Assembly (NCBI GenBank): GCA_964016885.1
Contig: OZ024745.1
Span: 11,904,001-11,968,000, forward strand
Direction: 5' to 3'
DNA: 64,000 nt
DNA from: Eledone cirrhosa
Taxonomy: Eukaryota
Shown here piece by piece: positions 1 through 11,446 of this stretch. The position numbers and the translations under genes were made by a program. The notes beneath the pieces are model-generated. The model made no database searches. It was not told the DNA's origin and saw only the letters and a program-made list of their open reading frames with translations. The number at the start of each line of letters is the position of its first letter. Positions within the stretch are counted from its first letter, which is position 1.

Positions 1-296
1 ACGATACTATCATACTGTCAATGTTGGACAATAGAACTACGATACTATCATACTGTCAATGTTGGACAATAGAACTACTATAGTATCATACTGTCAATGT
101 TGGACAATAGAACTACTATACTATCATACTCTCAATGTTGGACAATAGAACTACTATACTATCATACTCTCAATGTCGGACAATAGAACTACGATACTAT
201 CATACTGTCAATGTTGGACAATAGAACTACCATACTATCATACTGTCAATGTTGGACAATAGAACTACTATACTATCATACTGTCAATGTTGGACA
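1..296. repeat. 38-bp tandem minisatellite (runs off window start)
   Basis: Unit ACTATCATACTGTCAATGTTGGACAATAGAACTACTAT repeated about 8 times; ORF starts at 211 and 249 are 38 apart. Confidence 0.95.
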
Positions 297-357
297 TTTT
301 TGTTGTATTTTGTTATACAAATTATTTTGCAGTTTACGAATTTTATGCTCACTATTG

Positions 358-809
358 TACATGTGTGTGTGTGTATGTGTGTGTGCGCGTGTGCGTTATG
401 TGTGTGCGTGTGCGTCATGTGCCTGTATGTGTGTGCGTGTATGTGCGTGTGTGTGTTTACGCTTGTGTGTATGCGTGTATGTGCGTGTGTGTGTGCGTGT
501 GCGTGTGTGTGTGTGTATGTGTGTGCGTGTATATGCGTGTGTGTGCGTGTGTGTGTGCGTGTGTGTGTTCGTGTATGTGTGTGTGTGTGCGTGTGTGTGT
601 GTGCGTGTATGTGCGTGTGTGTGTGCGTGTGTGTGTGCATGTATATGTGTGTGTGTGTTGGTGTGTGTGTATGTGTGTGTGTGTGCGTGTGTGTGTGTTC
701 GTGTGTGTGTGTTCGTGTATGTGTGTGTCTGTGTGCGTGTGTGTGTGTGTGCGTGTATGTGCGTGTGTGTGTGCGTGTGTGTGTGCATGTATGTGTGTAT
801 GTGTGTGTA

Positions 810-887
<78 letters not shown>
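358..887. repeat. Degenerate (GT)n microsatellite
   Basis: Directly visible; it generates the spurious CV/TH ORFs. Confidence 0.95.
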
Positions 888-890
<3 letters not shown>

Positions 891-1075
891 GTTTCTGTTT
901 GATAGAACACATTGCAACATATGATAGAAAATGCTGCGAAAAGTTGTGAAGCTGTGTAGAAGGGAGAGAAAGAGAGAAATACTGTGTTACATCACCAACA
1001 CTCTGTATAATTAACTAACATTGAATAAACTATATAACTTGACAACACGACTGTTCATTATAGGGTTGATATTGC

Positions 1076-1266
1076 GCGGTGGATTGGCAGTATCGGTAGA
1101 GAGTCGAACGCCATGATTTGCAGCATAGAGTTACACCCCTTTACGGTCAGAGTTCAAATCCCGCTGAGGTTAACTTTGCTTTTCATCCTGATGCGGTCGA
1201 TAAAATGAAGTACCAGTAATGCACTGGGGAAATTGCTGGCCTTGTGCCAAAAGTAGAAACAATTAT
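1076..1266 (+). mobile_element. tRNA-derived SINE, family A (near full-length copy)
   Basis: A-box-like GGATTGGCAGTATCGGT, B-box GAGTTCAAATCC, core CTTTGCTTTTCATCC..GTCGATAAAAT..GTACCAGT, 3' end GTAGAAACAATTAT. Further approximate copies at 1330-1400(+), 1800-1900(+), 11755-11865(-), 14165-14485(-), 17935-18085(+), 18870-18990(-), 20380-20795(-), 24610-24750(-), 31865-32030(+), 43810-43950(-), 48443-48620(-). Confidence 0.85.
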
Positions 1267-1974
1267 AGAGTTGATAAGGGAGCTCAGTTGATAGACCGTG
1301 TTTCTTTTGGTTCTTCTTTCGAATCACACCAAGGTCAACTTAGTTTTTCATCCTTCCGATGTTGATAAGATAAAATACCAGTCAAATACTGGGGTGGATT
1401 TAACCGGCTTTCTCTCCTCCATCAGTCTAAAAGCTGTTTCTTGTACATCTACCAGAATTAATGTTACTTATCATTTGGATTTGCCATTCTTCTTCGTAGA
1501 CGACGAGTAGGTTGCTGCTACGTTTTAATATTAAACTCTTCAAATACATCGCCTGTTCTCCAGCCAACTTTAAGAATAATTCATGCCAAAGTCCAAATGC
1601 ACCGATTTTTACACAATTTTAGTTTTTTGGGGTATTTTTGTCGTATTGTTAATCTGTGTGCCATATGTCAACGACTTTTATGGATACGATCAATAAAAAC
1701 GCTGAACAACTACAGAAAGTAAATAAATTACAAACCTTGACAGAATCGTTTCAAGTCAAACAAAATTGCTATGTAGAATTGGTTATCATTATTTACATTC
1801 TCAGTTCAAATCCGACCGAGCTCAGCTTTGCTTTTCATCTTTCAGGGAGTCGATACAATAAAGTACCAGTAACGTTCTGGGGTTAATGGAATCGATTAAT
1901 CCCCCTCCCCACCCACACAGACACTCGTTCACCCAAATTTCTCGTCTTGTGATTACGTTAATAATGATTTTTTA

Positions 1975-3029
1975 TCCTCATACATACGTCATATTCCTAG
2001 CAACATATCCTCATACTTATCTCATATTCCTAGCAACATATCCTCAGACATACGTCATATTCCTAGCAACATATCCTCATACATACGTCATATTCCTAGC
2101 AACATATCCTCATACATAGTAATATTCCTAGCAACATATCCTGATAGTTACGTCATATTCCTAGCAACATATCCACATACTTACGTCATATTCCTAGCAG
2201 CATATCCTCATACTTACGTCATATTTCTAGCAACATATCCTCTTACTTACGTCATATTCCTAGCATCATATCATCAGACATACGTCATATTCCTAGCAAC
2301 ATATCCTCATACTTATCTCATATTCCTAGCAACATATCCTCAGACATACGTCATATTCCTAGCAACATATCCTCATACATACGTCATATTCCTAGCAACA
2401 TATCCTCATACATAGTAATATTCCTAGCAACATATCCTGATAGTTACGTCATATTCCTAGCAACATATCCTCATACTTACGTCATATTCCTAGCAACATA
2501 TCCCCATACTTACCCCATATTCCTAGCAACATATCCACATACTTACGTCATATTCCTAGCAGCATATCCTCATACTTACGTCATATTTCTAGCAACATAT
2601 CCTCTTACTTACGTCATATTCCTAGCATCATATCATCAGACATACGTCATATTCCTAGCAACATATCCTCATACATACGTCATATTCCTAGCAACATATC
2701 CTCATACGTACGTCATGTTCCTAGCAACATATCCTCATACTTACGTCATATTCCTAGCAACATATCCTCATACTCACCTCATATTCCTAGCAACATATCC
2801 TCAGACATACGTCATATTTCTAGCAACATATCCTCTTACTTACGTCATATTTCTAGCAACATATCCTCAGACATACGTCATATTTCTAGCAACATATCCT
2901 CTTACTTACGTCATATTCCTAGCAACATATCCTCATACATACGTCATATTCCTAGCAAAATATCCTCATACATACGTCATATTCCTAGCAACATATCCTC
3001 ATACTTACGTCATATCCCTAGCAACATAT
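1975..3029. repeat. 33-bp tandem minisatellite
   Basis: Unit ATCCTCATACATACGTCATATTCCTAGCAACAT, about 32 copies. Confidence 0.95.
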
Positions 3030-3246
3030 TGTCGTCCATTGAAAGATATTGGCTATCCAAAGGTCTTCCGGCCCTAATCATAAGTCTTTTCCAGATATAT
3101 TGTATCTAGAACTGTATCATCTAATGTGTCCTTTCCTTTTAGACGTTGATTTTACAGAGATGTGGTTGCTATTTCTAGCGAGAGACATTTAAAATTATTG
3201 CTTTTTTAGTTATGTAAGTGTATGTATGTATATATGTATATATATA

Positions 3247-3383
3247 TTGCTAAAGACTGAAAGTAGTGCCACTCAATTTAAAATACATGTTATCTCTATC
3301 ATATCCTCAGAGACTGTCTCTGAGGATATGATGGAGATAACATGTATTTTAAATTGAGTGGCACTACTTTCAGTGTTTAGCAA
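3247..3383. repeat. Near-perfect palindrome (68-bp arms, centre 3315) next to a TA tract
   Basis: TTGCTAAAGACTGAAAG...CCTCAGAGAC-T-GTCTCTGAGG...CTTTCAGTGTTTAGCAA. Confidence 0.95.
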
Positions 3384-3420
3384 TTTTTAGACAACTCTAT
3401 CAGTGAAACAATTGTTAGAC
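3316..3420 (+). ncRNA. Type I hammerhead ribozyme with long stem II
   Basis: Stem I GTCT/AGAC; core CTGAGGA 3320-3326; stem II base TGATGGAG/CTCTATCA; GAAA 3405-3408; palindromic stem III ACAATTGT; predicted cleavage GUU after 3416. Confidence 0.7.
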
Positions 3421-4054
3421 TGCAAATAAATCCCCTTTTTTGTACTGTTGACCATGTTATTCTCCACTTTTTCAATTTTATTACTCCAAGATAAACTTAC
3501 ATAGGAATACAAGTGAAATCATAAACTCGTCATCCACGTATACCTCTTATTGAGTCATACAACGCTGTACGCTAAAACTATCCATGATAAGAAGTATTCG
3601 CAACCTCTAATCGGATTACCTTTAACGATATCTTGTTATCCTCTCTCTCTCTATATATATATATATATAAAGAGAGCTACATACATACATCTAAAGTAAG
3701 GAAATATATATTTTTTAGAATTTTCAACATCAATATGTCACGCTTGACTGAGAAATGGAAAATTTTGATAGCGACAATGGTAAAATTTAAAATAACTTTC
3801 TTCTAACAATCTGAACTTCATTTAATAGATAATAAACTAATTAACAACTAAACACTGCTATGAAAAACACGACCTTTCAGTTTCCAAGTAAACTATATCT
3901 CTTATAAGCGGGAATTTACGCTTGACAGACGATCAATATGAATGTTAATACGAAACTGTACTACATGTCTGTAAAGACGTTATCTTGGATTGTTTCTTCA
4001 ATTTCTGTTCTTAGCAAAATGACTATCACTCACTTAATTAGATATATATGTGTG

Positions 4055-4113
<59 letters not shown>

Positions 4114-4119
4114 ATATAT

Positions 4120-4268
4120 AACAAAGAGGGTGTGGTAAGATTCCAGGTGGACCAAAATGCACCAGAGTACTTGATACTTTGGATAGTAGAGTGAGTAATA
4201 TGAACGAGTTCAGATCTAGCTGTCGAAACGGCCGGAGACCAGCTGTCGGGGTCTTGAATCTTTTCATA
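4120..4268. mobile_element. (TA)n-embedded half-hammerhead element (family H)
   Basis: Similar to 16840-17023 and 27535-27723; contains GAAACGGC..GCTGTC-GGGGTC; flanked by (TA)n on both sides. Confidence 0.75.
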
Positions 4269-4349
4269 TATATATATATATGAGAGAGAGAGAGTGGGGG
4301 ATAAGAAAATGCAAAGTAGTTTCAGATTTTAAAGTCCTTTATTTATAAG

Positions 4350-4424
4350 GCTATTATATATATTTCAATGACGACAGTGGCCACGTGATTCCGCCTAACC
4401 AGTGCCATGATCTCATCAGACAGC
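4350..4424 (-). ncRNA. Type I hammerhead ribozyme
   Basis: Minus strand reads GCTGT-CTGATGA-GATCATGGCA...TGTCGTCATT-GAAA-TATATATA-ATAGC; stem I GCTGT/ATAGC, extended stem II, palindromic stem III, AUA site. A 5'-half relative lies at about 27760-27797(-). Confidence 0.75.
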
Positions 4425-4789
4425 TTCTTACATAATACGGTTACGTTCTCGAGGGAATGGTCAAAGATGATGTTCTTGAGAGAGAGACAGAGAACTTTTT
4501 CTCTGTAGGAAATGACCTTCGCCAGCCAATATTTATATGCATAAAGACTATAAGCTTTTAGTTTATTTTCGTCTTAGCATCCAAGAGAGGTTAACCCCTG
4601 TGACGAAGGATAAAGAACCAGAAACAGTGCCACCAGGGTGCTCTCCCTTTATAACTAAGATAATGGTGAATAAATCACCGCTTCTAAAATTCATAGTGAG
4701 GCTACAAAAATGTTTATTTAGATGAATATTTCGTATATAATTCAATATACCACCCCAGTCATATATATAGATATATATAGATATATGAC

Positions 4790-5676
4790 TGGGAAGAGAT
4801 ATATTAGATATGTCTCATTTGAAATAATACAGCCAATTCTCCACGCAATACTTTTAGTTAGCACCCCGAACACATAATTGGGAGTATAATCACTTATTTC
4901 CTAATGTTTGTTGAGTGAGTTGGAATTTGGCCGGAGTATCGCTAAAAAGCTTTCTCCGATATTGTATTTATTTACTTACTCTTGGCGCAGCAGATTTGAA
5001 AAAAATTCCCGGTATAAGGTTAGCATCTCTTTGTTTATTTTTATATATGAATATTGATTTTCCTTATATCTCATTCTGTTATTTTGCCCGAGAAAATATC
5101 TGTGTGTGTCATCAAATGTTGTACACACATAGATATTTTTTCAATTTCCAATTGAGTTCTTAGCACGTGGCCTGAATTCCTTTCAGAGTTCATTGTCACG
5201 CGCATGTATTGTTTTTTTTTGCGTTAATTCACTTCCTGGTTTTTTGAATCAGTTCGAGCACTTCTTTCAGAACTGCTGGACTGGCAACCTGACAGATACC
5301 TCAGGCACAGAAAGTGATTTTCGCTAAATGCTGATGTTGGTTAGATTATCAATATTAGTATTATTGGGGCACCCACTGATGAATTATAGGAGCCCACTTG
5401 AATATATATCTATTGATGGTATACAAGCTCCTACATAAATTGGTATAATTTCACCCAACTTGTAGGAATCCTATAATGAAACGAGACGTCCGTCTGGGAA
5501 GAGATATATTAGATATGTCTCATTTGAAATAATACAGCCAATTTTCCACGCAATACTTTTAGTTAGCACCCCGAACACATAATTGGGAATATAATCACTT
5601 ATTTCCTAATGTTTGTTGAGTAAGTTGGAATTTGGCCGGAGTATCGCTAAAAAGCTTTCTCCGATATTGTATTTAT
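4790..5676 (+). mobile_element. Non-coding HHR-bearing element: 705-nt unit plus about 180-bp direct repeat (retrozyme/pLTR-like)
   Basis: 4790-4971 is repeated at 5495-5676 (TGGGAAGAGATATATTAG...CCGATATTGTATTTAT); ends in (TA)n. Confidence 0.85.
5372..5498 (+). ncRNA. Type I hammerhead ribozyme with branched stem II
   Basis: CCCA-CTGATGA(5376-5382)-ATTATAGGA...TCCTATAAT-GAAA(5478-5481)-CG-AGACGTC-CGTC-TGGG; perfect 9-bp stem II base; GUC cleavage after 5494. Confidence 0.88.
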
Positions 5677-5797
5677 ATATATATATATATATATATTAGA
5701 AAGTGAGGTTTTTTTTACAAAATGAAAAATAACCGAGGTGTCCTACACGAGTGGAAGTATAAAGAAAAAGAGATGAAATCGAAAATGCAACTGAAGT

Positions 5798-5830
<33 letters not shown>

Positions 5831-5848
5831 ATATATATTTATTTGGTT

Positions 5849-5886
5849 CCTTTACCGGTTTCGCAGTTCTTCTGCTTTTCAAAAGG
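5849..5886 (-). ncRNA. Minimal hammerhead, U3-A8 core variant (mirror copy)
   Basis: Reverse complement of 5963-6000. Confidence 0.65.
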
Positions 5887-5962
5887 TGAGTTGAGATGGA
5901 GGGTCTGTGGTTTTTCTCACATCTCAGATGTGAGAAAACCACAGACCCTCCATCTCAACTCA

Positions 5963-6000
5963 CCTTTTGAAAAGCAGAAGAACTGCGAAACCGGTAAAGG
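5963..6000 (+). ncRNA. Minimal hammerhead, U3-A8 core variant
   Basis: CCTT-TTGAAAA-GCAG-AAGAA-CTGC-GAAA-CCGGT-A-AAGG: all three stems pair; GUA site. Confidence 0.65.
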
Positions 6001-6018
6001 AACCAAATAAATATATAT

Positions 6019-6050
<32 letters not shown>

Positions 6051-6200
6051 CTTCAGTTGCATTTTCGATTTCATCTCTTTTTCTTTATATATATAGTTTT
6101 GCGAGGTTTTTTATATGAAATCGTGTGTCGAAACAAATATTGTTATACTTGGGGAGGGTCATATTTGTGTAATATTGCCAGAATTAATAACAGAACACAC

Positions 6201-9200
6201 ACAAGTTGAACGACTAAAACACACAATAACAGTTAATATGAAAAGAACAACATACACAAAAGTCAACGAACTTTACAGACAGAAACGCATTAACGGTAAG
6301 GAAGTCCAAAATCTCACCACACCAAACGAAAGGGATGACTTCATGAGCGTCATCCGACGTGAAATGAAATACGCCCGAAACGAATGCAATAGGCATTTCA
6401 ATAAGAAATTAGAATGGATGAATAAGAAAAAACTACAAGAAAGGAAAATAGAATATTCTCAAAAATACCCAGATAACATCAACAATATCCGTATGACTGA
6501 TGTAAAACTACCGGAAGAATTTACCAATGACCACACAGTAAATATTTATGGGAACACTTTAATCAGTGAACAAGAACAATAAATCCTGCAGCTACCACCA
6601 AAATTTGCCATCTACAAAAAGATTAACCCTATTGAGTGCAAAACGTATCTGGAAAAGTGTTTCACAAAAATACGTTGGAATGCAAAAGTAAACAACAACA
6701 ACAACAATAATAACGGTAGTAGTAATATAAACAATAACTCTGAGTATAGAAATAACAGCCATAACAATAACAATAGCAGAAGAGTGAGAAATAGTAATAA
6801 TGGTAATAATACTAACGATAGACAGAACAACAACAACAACCACAATAATAATAATAATAGAAACATTAACCACAGACACAGCGACCACAGTAGTAATAAC
6901 GGTAATAATACGAACAACAACAACAACCACAGTGGAAATAATGGAAATAATACATGTAGCAACATTAATGATAGACACAACAAAAACAAGAAACATAATA
7001 AAAGTAACAACCACAATGGTAGAAATAACAGTAACAACAACAATAGCGGTGAAGTAAACAACAATCACAGCAAATCTATCTAGCAATCATCTAGCAATCC
7101 TAACAATAATAATAATGCTAATGATAGGAACAACAACAACCACCATAATAACAATAATAGCAACACACACAACTATGACGATAGATATAATGACAACCCT
7201 TAGAGAAACTATTTTTCAACCCAGCTGACAAAACATAAGATGGGTAATATCTATCCTACGAGGTTACCCTTTAATAAAAGAGTTTGCATACCACAACAAA
7301 TAGATGACGAGACAGAGGTACAGTTCACCATAGCTAGAAATAAGATTAGACAAATAGTAGACCGGTATACTAAGAGACAGAGCAGTCCAGAGGCCCAACA
7401 ACTTGGGAGGAAACCTGTAGAAGGCTTAGTTAGCCTCAAGCAGAGCACAAGGGATGGTGAGGTAGTATGTCTACCCACAGATAAGTCTGGTAGGATGTCA
7501 ATAGATAGCATGCCGAACTACATCAAGGCTATGCAACCCCACATCACCAACACGAGCGAAATTGCACAGCAAACACATGATGGGAGAGAGAAAATCCTCA
7601 ACGCTCACATGATGTGGACTGACATCCTAAAGCCAAGCAGACGCACTGCCAACAATTTCCAGGCGTCTAACAATGGCATACCACCCTTGTATGGGCTCCG
7701 CAAAGACCACAAGACAGTCGACGACCCGACAACAGGACCACCAACAAGACCCGTATGCGGAGCTAATATAGCTAGCAACTACAGGATCTCCTACTTCCTC
7801 TCAATGGTTATACGCCCCATAATCTAGATGTCCCCAGATGTATGTGACAGTACAGAGGACCTCCTCAGCAGAATCAGTGAGTGCAACAACAACAAAATCA
7901 GGAACCTATCCAACTGCATAATAGGCAGCATGGATGTGGTATCACTGTACCCATCCATTAACATTGATTTTGCTGTGGAAAAATGTGTGGAGATGATCAT
8001 TGAGAGTGAGGTGGAGTTCTGCGACGTCGACACAAACGAACTGGGCCTCCTACTTAGACTTACCTACGACACTGACTACCTAGACAGCCATGACCTTAGA
8101 CGTTTCTGCCCTAGTAGACCCATAAGAGGTAGACGCCCCACCATAACCTCCATGGCAAAAAAGACTCCCATGAGAAGGTGGATTGGGTGGACCAAAGCTA
8201 TACGGACCCCCCAAAACAATGATCAAGTAAGAAAAATGGTCGCACATGCAATAGGGGCTAGTATCAAAACTACCCTAAAGGGCTACACATTCAAGTTCAA
8301 CGAGAAGATCTACACCCAAAATGAGGGAGCATCCATTGGCGTCAGCATAGCTGGTGATGTTGCCAACCTTTTTATGGTATGGTGGGAAAGGAGACTTAAA
8401 GATCTCCTTAATGAGAGCTCCATAGACCTCATCATGTACTCTCGTTACGTAGACGATATCAATATAGTTATAAGAACATGCCCACTAGAGAGCACTAACA
8501 AGTTTGATTTAGAACGTAGCACAATGGAAAGCATCCAGCAGATAGCTAATTCCATACACCAGAGTATAACTGTAACTATCGACTACCCTTCCAAACACCC
8601 TAACAATAGACTACCTGTATTAGACACAGAACTCTTGATTAACACTATAGACGAGAGAGCCCAAATTCTCCACTCACACTATACTAAACCCATGGCCTCC
8701 AAATACCTGATACTCAAAAACTCAGCAATGTCCAGTAGTGCTAAGTTTAATATTCTGATCGCAGATTTGGTACGAGTGATGAAGAATGTGTCCCGCATGT
8801 GCGACCCAACAGAAGTGGAAAGACACATCCAACACTTCATCAACCGCATGCAGTTCTCTGGCTACAACCAAAGAGACAGAGTCAGAGTATACGAAGGAGC
8901 CATGGAGAAGTATAAGACCATCATAGAGGAATTTGCCCATTATACAGGAGCAAATCCTGGAATAGCTTAGATAGGGCTAGACATAAGATAGGGAAAGCCA
9001 CCTCATGGTACGACAACCAGAGATACCAGAGTGTCATGTTTGTGGATGCTACCCCTGGAGGGAAATTAGCTAACCAGTGTAGAAAGGCCCTGAGAAAGAC
9101 CCACTTAAAGATTAAGGTGGTAGAAAAGCCAGGAACCACCATAAAATCCCTGATCAGCAAAACCTACCCTTTTAAGAAAACCCACTGTACTAATAGGAAG

Positions 9201-9588
9201 TGTATCATATGTAAGGTAAACTCCCGGATAAACTGTAAAACTAGAAACGTAATCTATAGCATAAGATGTACAGAGGGTACTTGCAGAAACATGACAACAA
9301 CATACATAGGTGAAACAGCTCGTAGCATAGGTGAAAGGATAGACCAACACTGGGCGGAACTAAAAGGACGAAAAAACGGGTCAGTACTATACGAACATGC
9401 CAGACAACAACACGACGGTAACATAGACAACATAGAAATTAGAATAATATCTAAACATAGAAATGACCCAGCAGATAGGTGAATCAGAGAGGCCAGTGAA
9501 ATAGAACTTAGAAGGCCAAGACTAAACAGAAAGAATGAATGGAATAACAACACCACCCAAACAAACAACACTGACCTAAGAGAAGTAT
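6201..9588 (+). pseudogene. Disrupted PLE polyprotein ORF
   Basis: ORF pieces starting at 6115, 6784, 7240 and 7828 share one frame, with stops at about 6580, 7081 and 7825; frameshift near 8930 into the GIY-YIG piece 9036-9482. Confidence 0.88.
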
Positions 9589-9856
9589 AAATAAATAAAT
9601 AAATAGATAAATAAATAAATACATACACAAGCACAATAACAACAAACACATATAAACACACACTCTTAAACATAGAACACATTAACCAATACACAGTCAC
9701 CCAATCACGAACACACATCAAACAAAACACTATACACACACGCAAACGCATGCGCAAAGAAGACAAAATAAAATAAACAAACAAACAAATAAATAAATAA
9801 ATATATAAACAGACTAAATAAAGTTGGCGTAGAAATACAATGCAACGGGAGGAATC

Positions 9857-9912
9857 TATAGCACCACTGACGATGTTGCAGATGTGCAACGAAAGAACTT
9901 TGATAAACTATA
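9857..9912 (+). ncRNA. Hammerhead in PLE 3' pLTR (stem I mismatched)
   Basis: ACCA-CTGACGA-T-GTTGCA-GATG-TGCAAC-GAAAG-AA-CTT-TGAT; same layout as 10356-10400. Confidence 0.7.
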
Positions 9913-10105
9913 TATATGTGTTTGTGTCTATATTGTATCTGTATTATTTTTGACCGTTGGTCAGTCAATGGCAGCATTGAGGACCGCATAAATTTTATTA
10001 CCGATATAAAAGATAAAGAAGCGAAAAGCGAAAACCAAACAAACAGTGAGTGTGTTCTGTTATTAATTCTGGCAATATTACACAAATATGACCCTCCCCA
10101 AGTAT

Positions 10106-10192
<87 letters not shown>

Positions 10193-10197
<5 letters not shown>

Positions 10198-11300
10198 ATA
10201 CTTTGGGAGAGTCATGTTGCCAATAAGAAACACACGCACCAGTTGCTTTCACTTCAATTTATTATATATTTATAAATTTATAAATTTACAAATCCACAAA
10301 TTTATAAATTTCTGGTTGGTTGGTTGGTTCCACAACCAGATAGTTGTTTATATATAGTCATAGTCCTTTCGTCACACACTCTGTGACCTCTTCAGTGACT
10401 GGGGATTCCTTTCTTTGTTTCTGTGCCTTCCCTTTCTTCTGTCCTACGCCATTTTGTTTCTGTGTGTGTGTTGTGTGCTCAGTTTGCGCATGCGCCACAT
10501 CCGAGTGTCTGTGTGTGTTTGTGTTCATTTATCTATTTGTTTATTTATTTATTTATTTACATGTTATTGGTTGGTTGTTTGTTCTATGTGTGTGTGTGTT
10601 TTCATTTTGTCCTTAATTGTAAGTTGTGATATTGCTGTTCCACTCATATTTTCTATTTAATTTTGGTTGTAATTCTTTTATGTTTATTGCCTCTGTAATT
10701 TGTCTAAACATTGCATCTTTTCTGTGTGTAGATTCTATTTTTATTTCTATGTTCTCTAATTTACCCTTGTGTTCTATCTTAGCATGTTGGTAGAGTACAG
10801 ATGATTCTTTATTATCTTGAAGGTCTCGCCAGTGTTCATTTATCCGTTCCCCTATACTACGAGCTGTCTCACCTATGTACACTATATTTTTGTTTCTACA
10901 TTGTCCTTCAGTACATCTTATGCTATACACTACATTTCTAGTTTTACAGTTAATATGGGGGCTTATTTTACAGGTTATACTTTTCTTATCTATACATGAG
11001 CTTCTTTGAAACGGGTATGTCTTGCTAATAAGTGTTTTTACGGAGGTACCTGGTCTTTCTACTATCTTAATATGGAGTTTATGTTTATTTAGGGCCCTTC
11101 TAAATTTGTAGGCTAGTTCGCCTCTAGGGGTTGTATCGATGAACATTACACTCTGGTATTTATTGCTATCATACCATGAGTTTATTCTATTGGCCTTGTT
11201 CCTAGTTCTTTCTATTCTATTCCAAAATTTGCTCCTATACAAGGGGCAGGTCCCATTTATGTCATTATTTACCATTTTTTCCCATTTGGTTCTGGCTCCT
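10193..11300 (-). mobile_element. 5'-truncated Penelope-like element (GIY-YIG part plus 3' pLTR)
   Basis: ORF 10613-11545 contains VMFIDTTPRGELA, NVVYSIRC and VYIGETARSIGERI, a diverged homologue of 9036-9482; its 3' terminus TGACTCTCCCAAAGTATAACAA-(TA)n resembles that of the first element. Confidence 0.92.
10356..10400 (-). ncRNA. Minimal type I hammerhead in PLE 3' pLTR
   Basis: AGTCA-CTGAAGA-G-GTCACA-GAGTG-TGTGAC-GAAAG-GA-CTA-TGACT; perfect stems I and II; CUA site. Confidence 0.85.
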
Positions 11301-11410
11301 CTATGAGAGGATGAGAGAGGAGGAGAAATGAGTGAGAGAGAGAGAGAGAAATAGCCTTTAAAACAGAGAAAGGAAAAGGGATAAAAAGAAGAAAGATAGG
11401 GGATCACAAC

Positions 11411-11446
<36 letters not shown>

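Larger units (their letters stand above)
5758..6089. repeat. Near-perfect palindrome (about 165-bp arms, centre 5925)
   Basis: The polyT arm mirrors the polyA arm; centre TCTCACATCT-C-AGATGTGAGA. Confidence 0.95.
6137..10113 (+). mobile_element. Penelope-like retroelement (RT + GIY-YIG endonuclease), decayed
   Basis: TDKSGR, PPLYGLRKDHK, TRPVCG, SMDVVSLYPSI, GASIG and YSRYVDD motifs; Cys-rich linker CTNRKCIIC; NVIYSIRC...YIGETAR; 3' HHR; 6137-6200 is the reverse complement of 10050-10113; 3' end runs into (TA)n. Confidence 0.93.

Noticed and set aside
1-296. 38-bp repeats as a CRISPR array
   Set aside because: Head-to-tail units with no unique spacers, no cas genes, eukaryotic context.
211-949. 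Long Cys/Val or His/Thr ORFs (also the many YI, ER and LS ORFs elsewhere)
   Set aside because: Translations of dinucleotide microsatellites.
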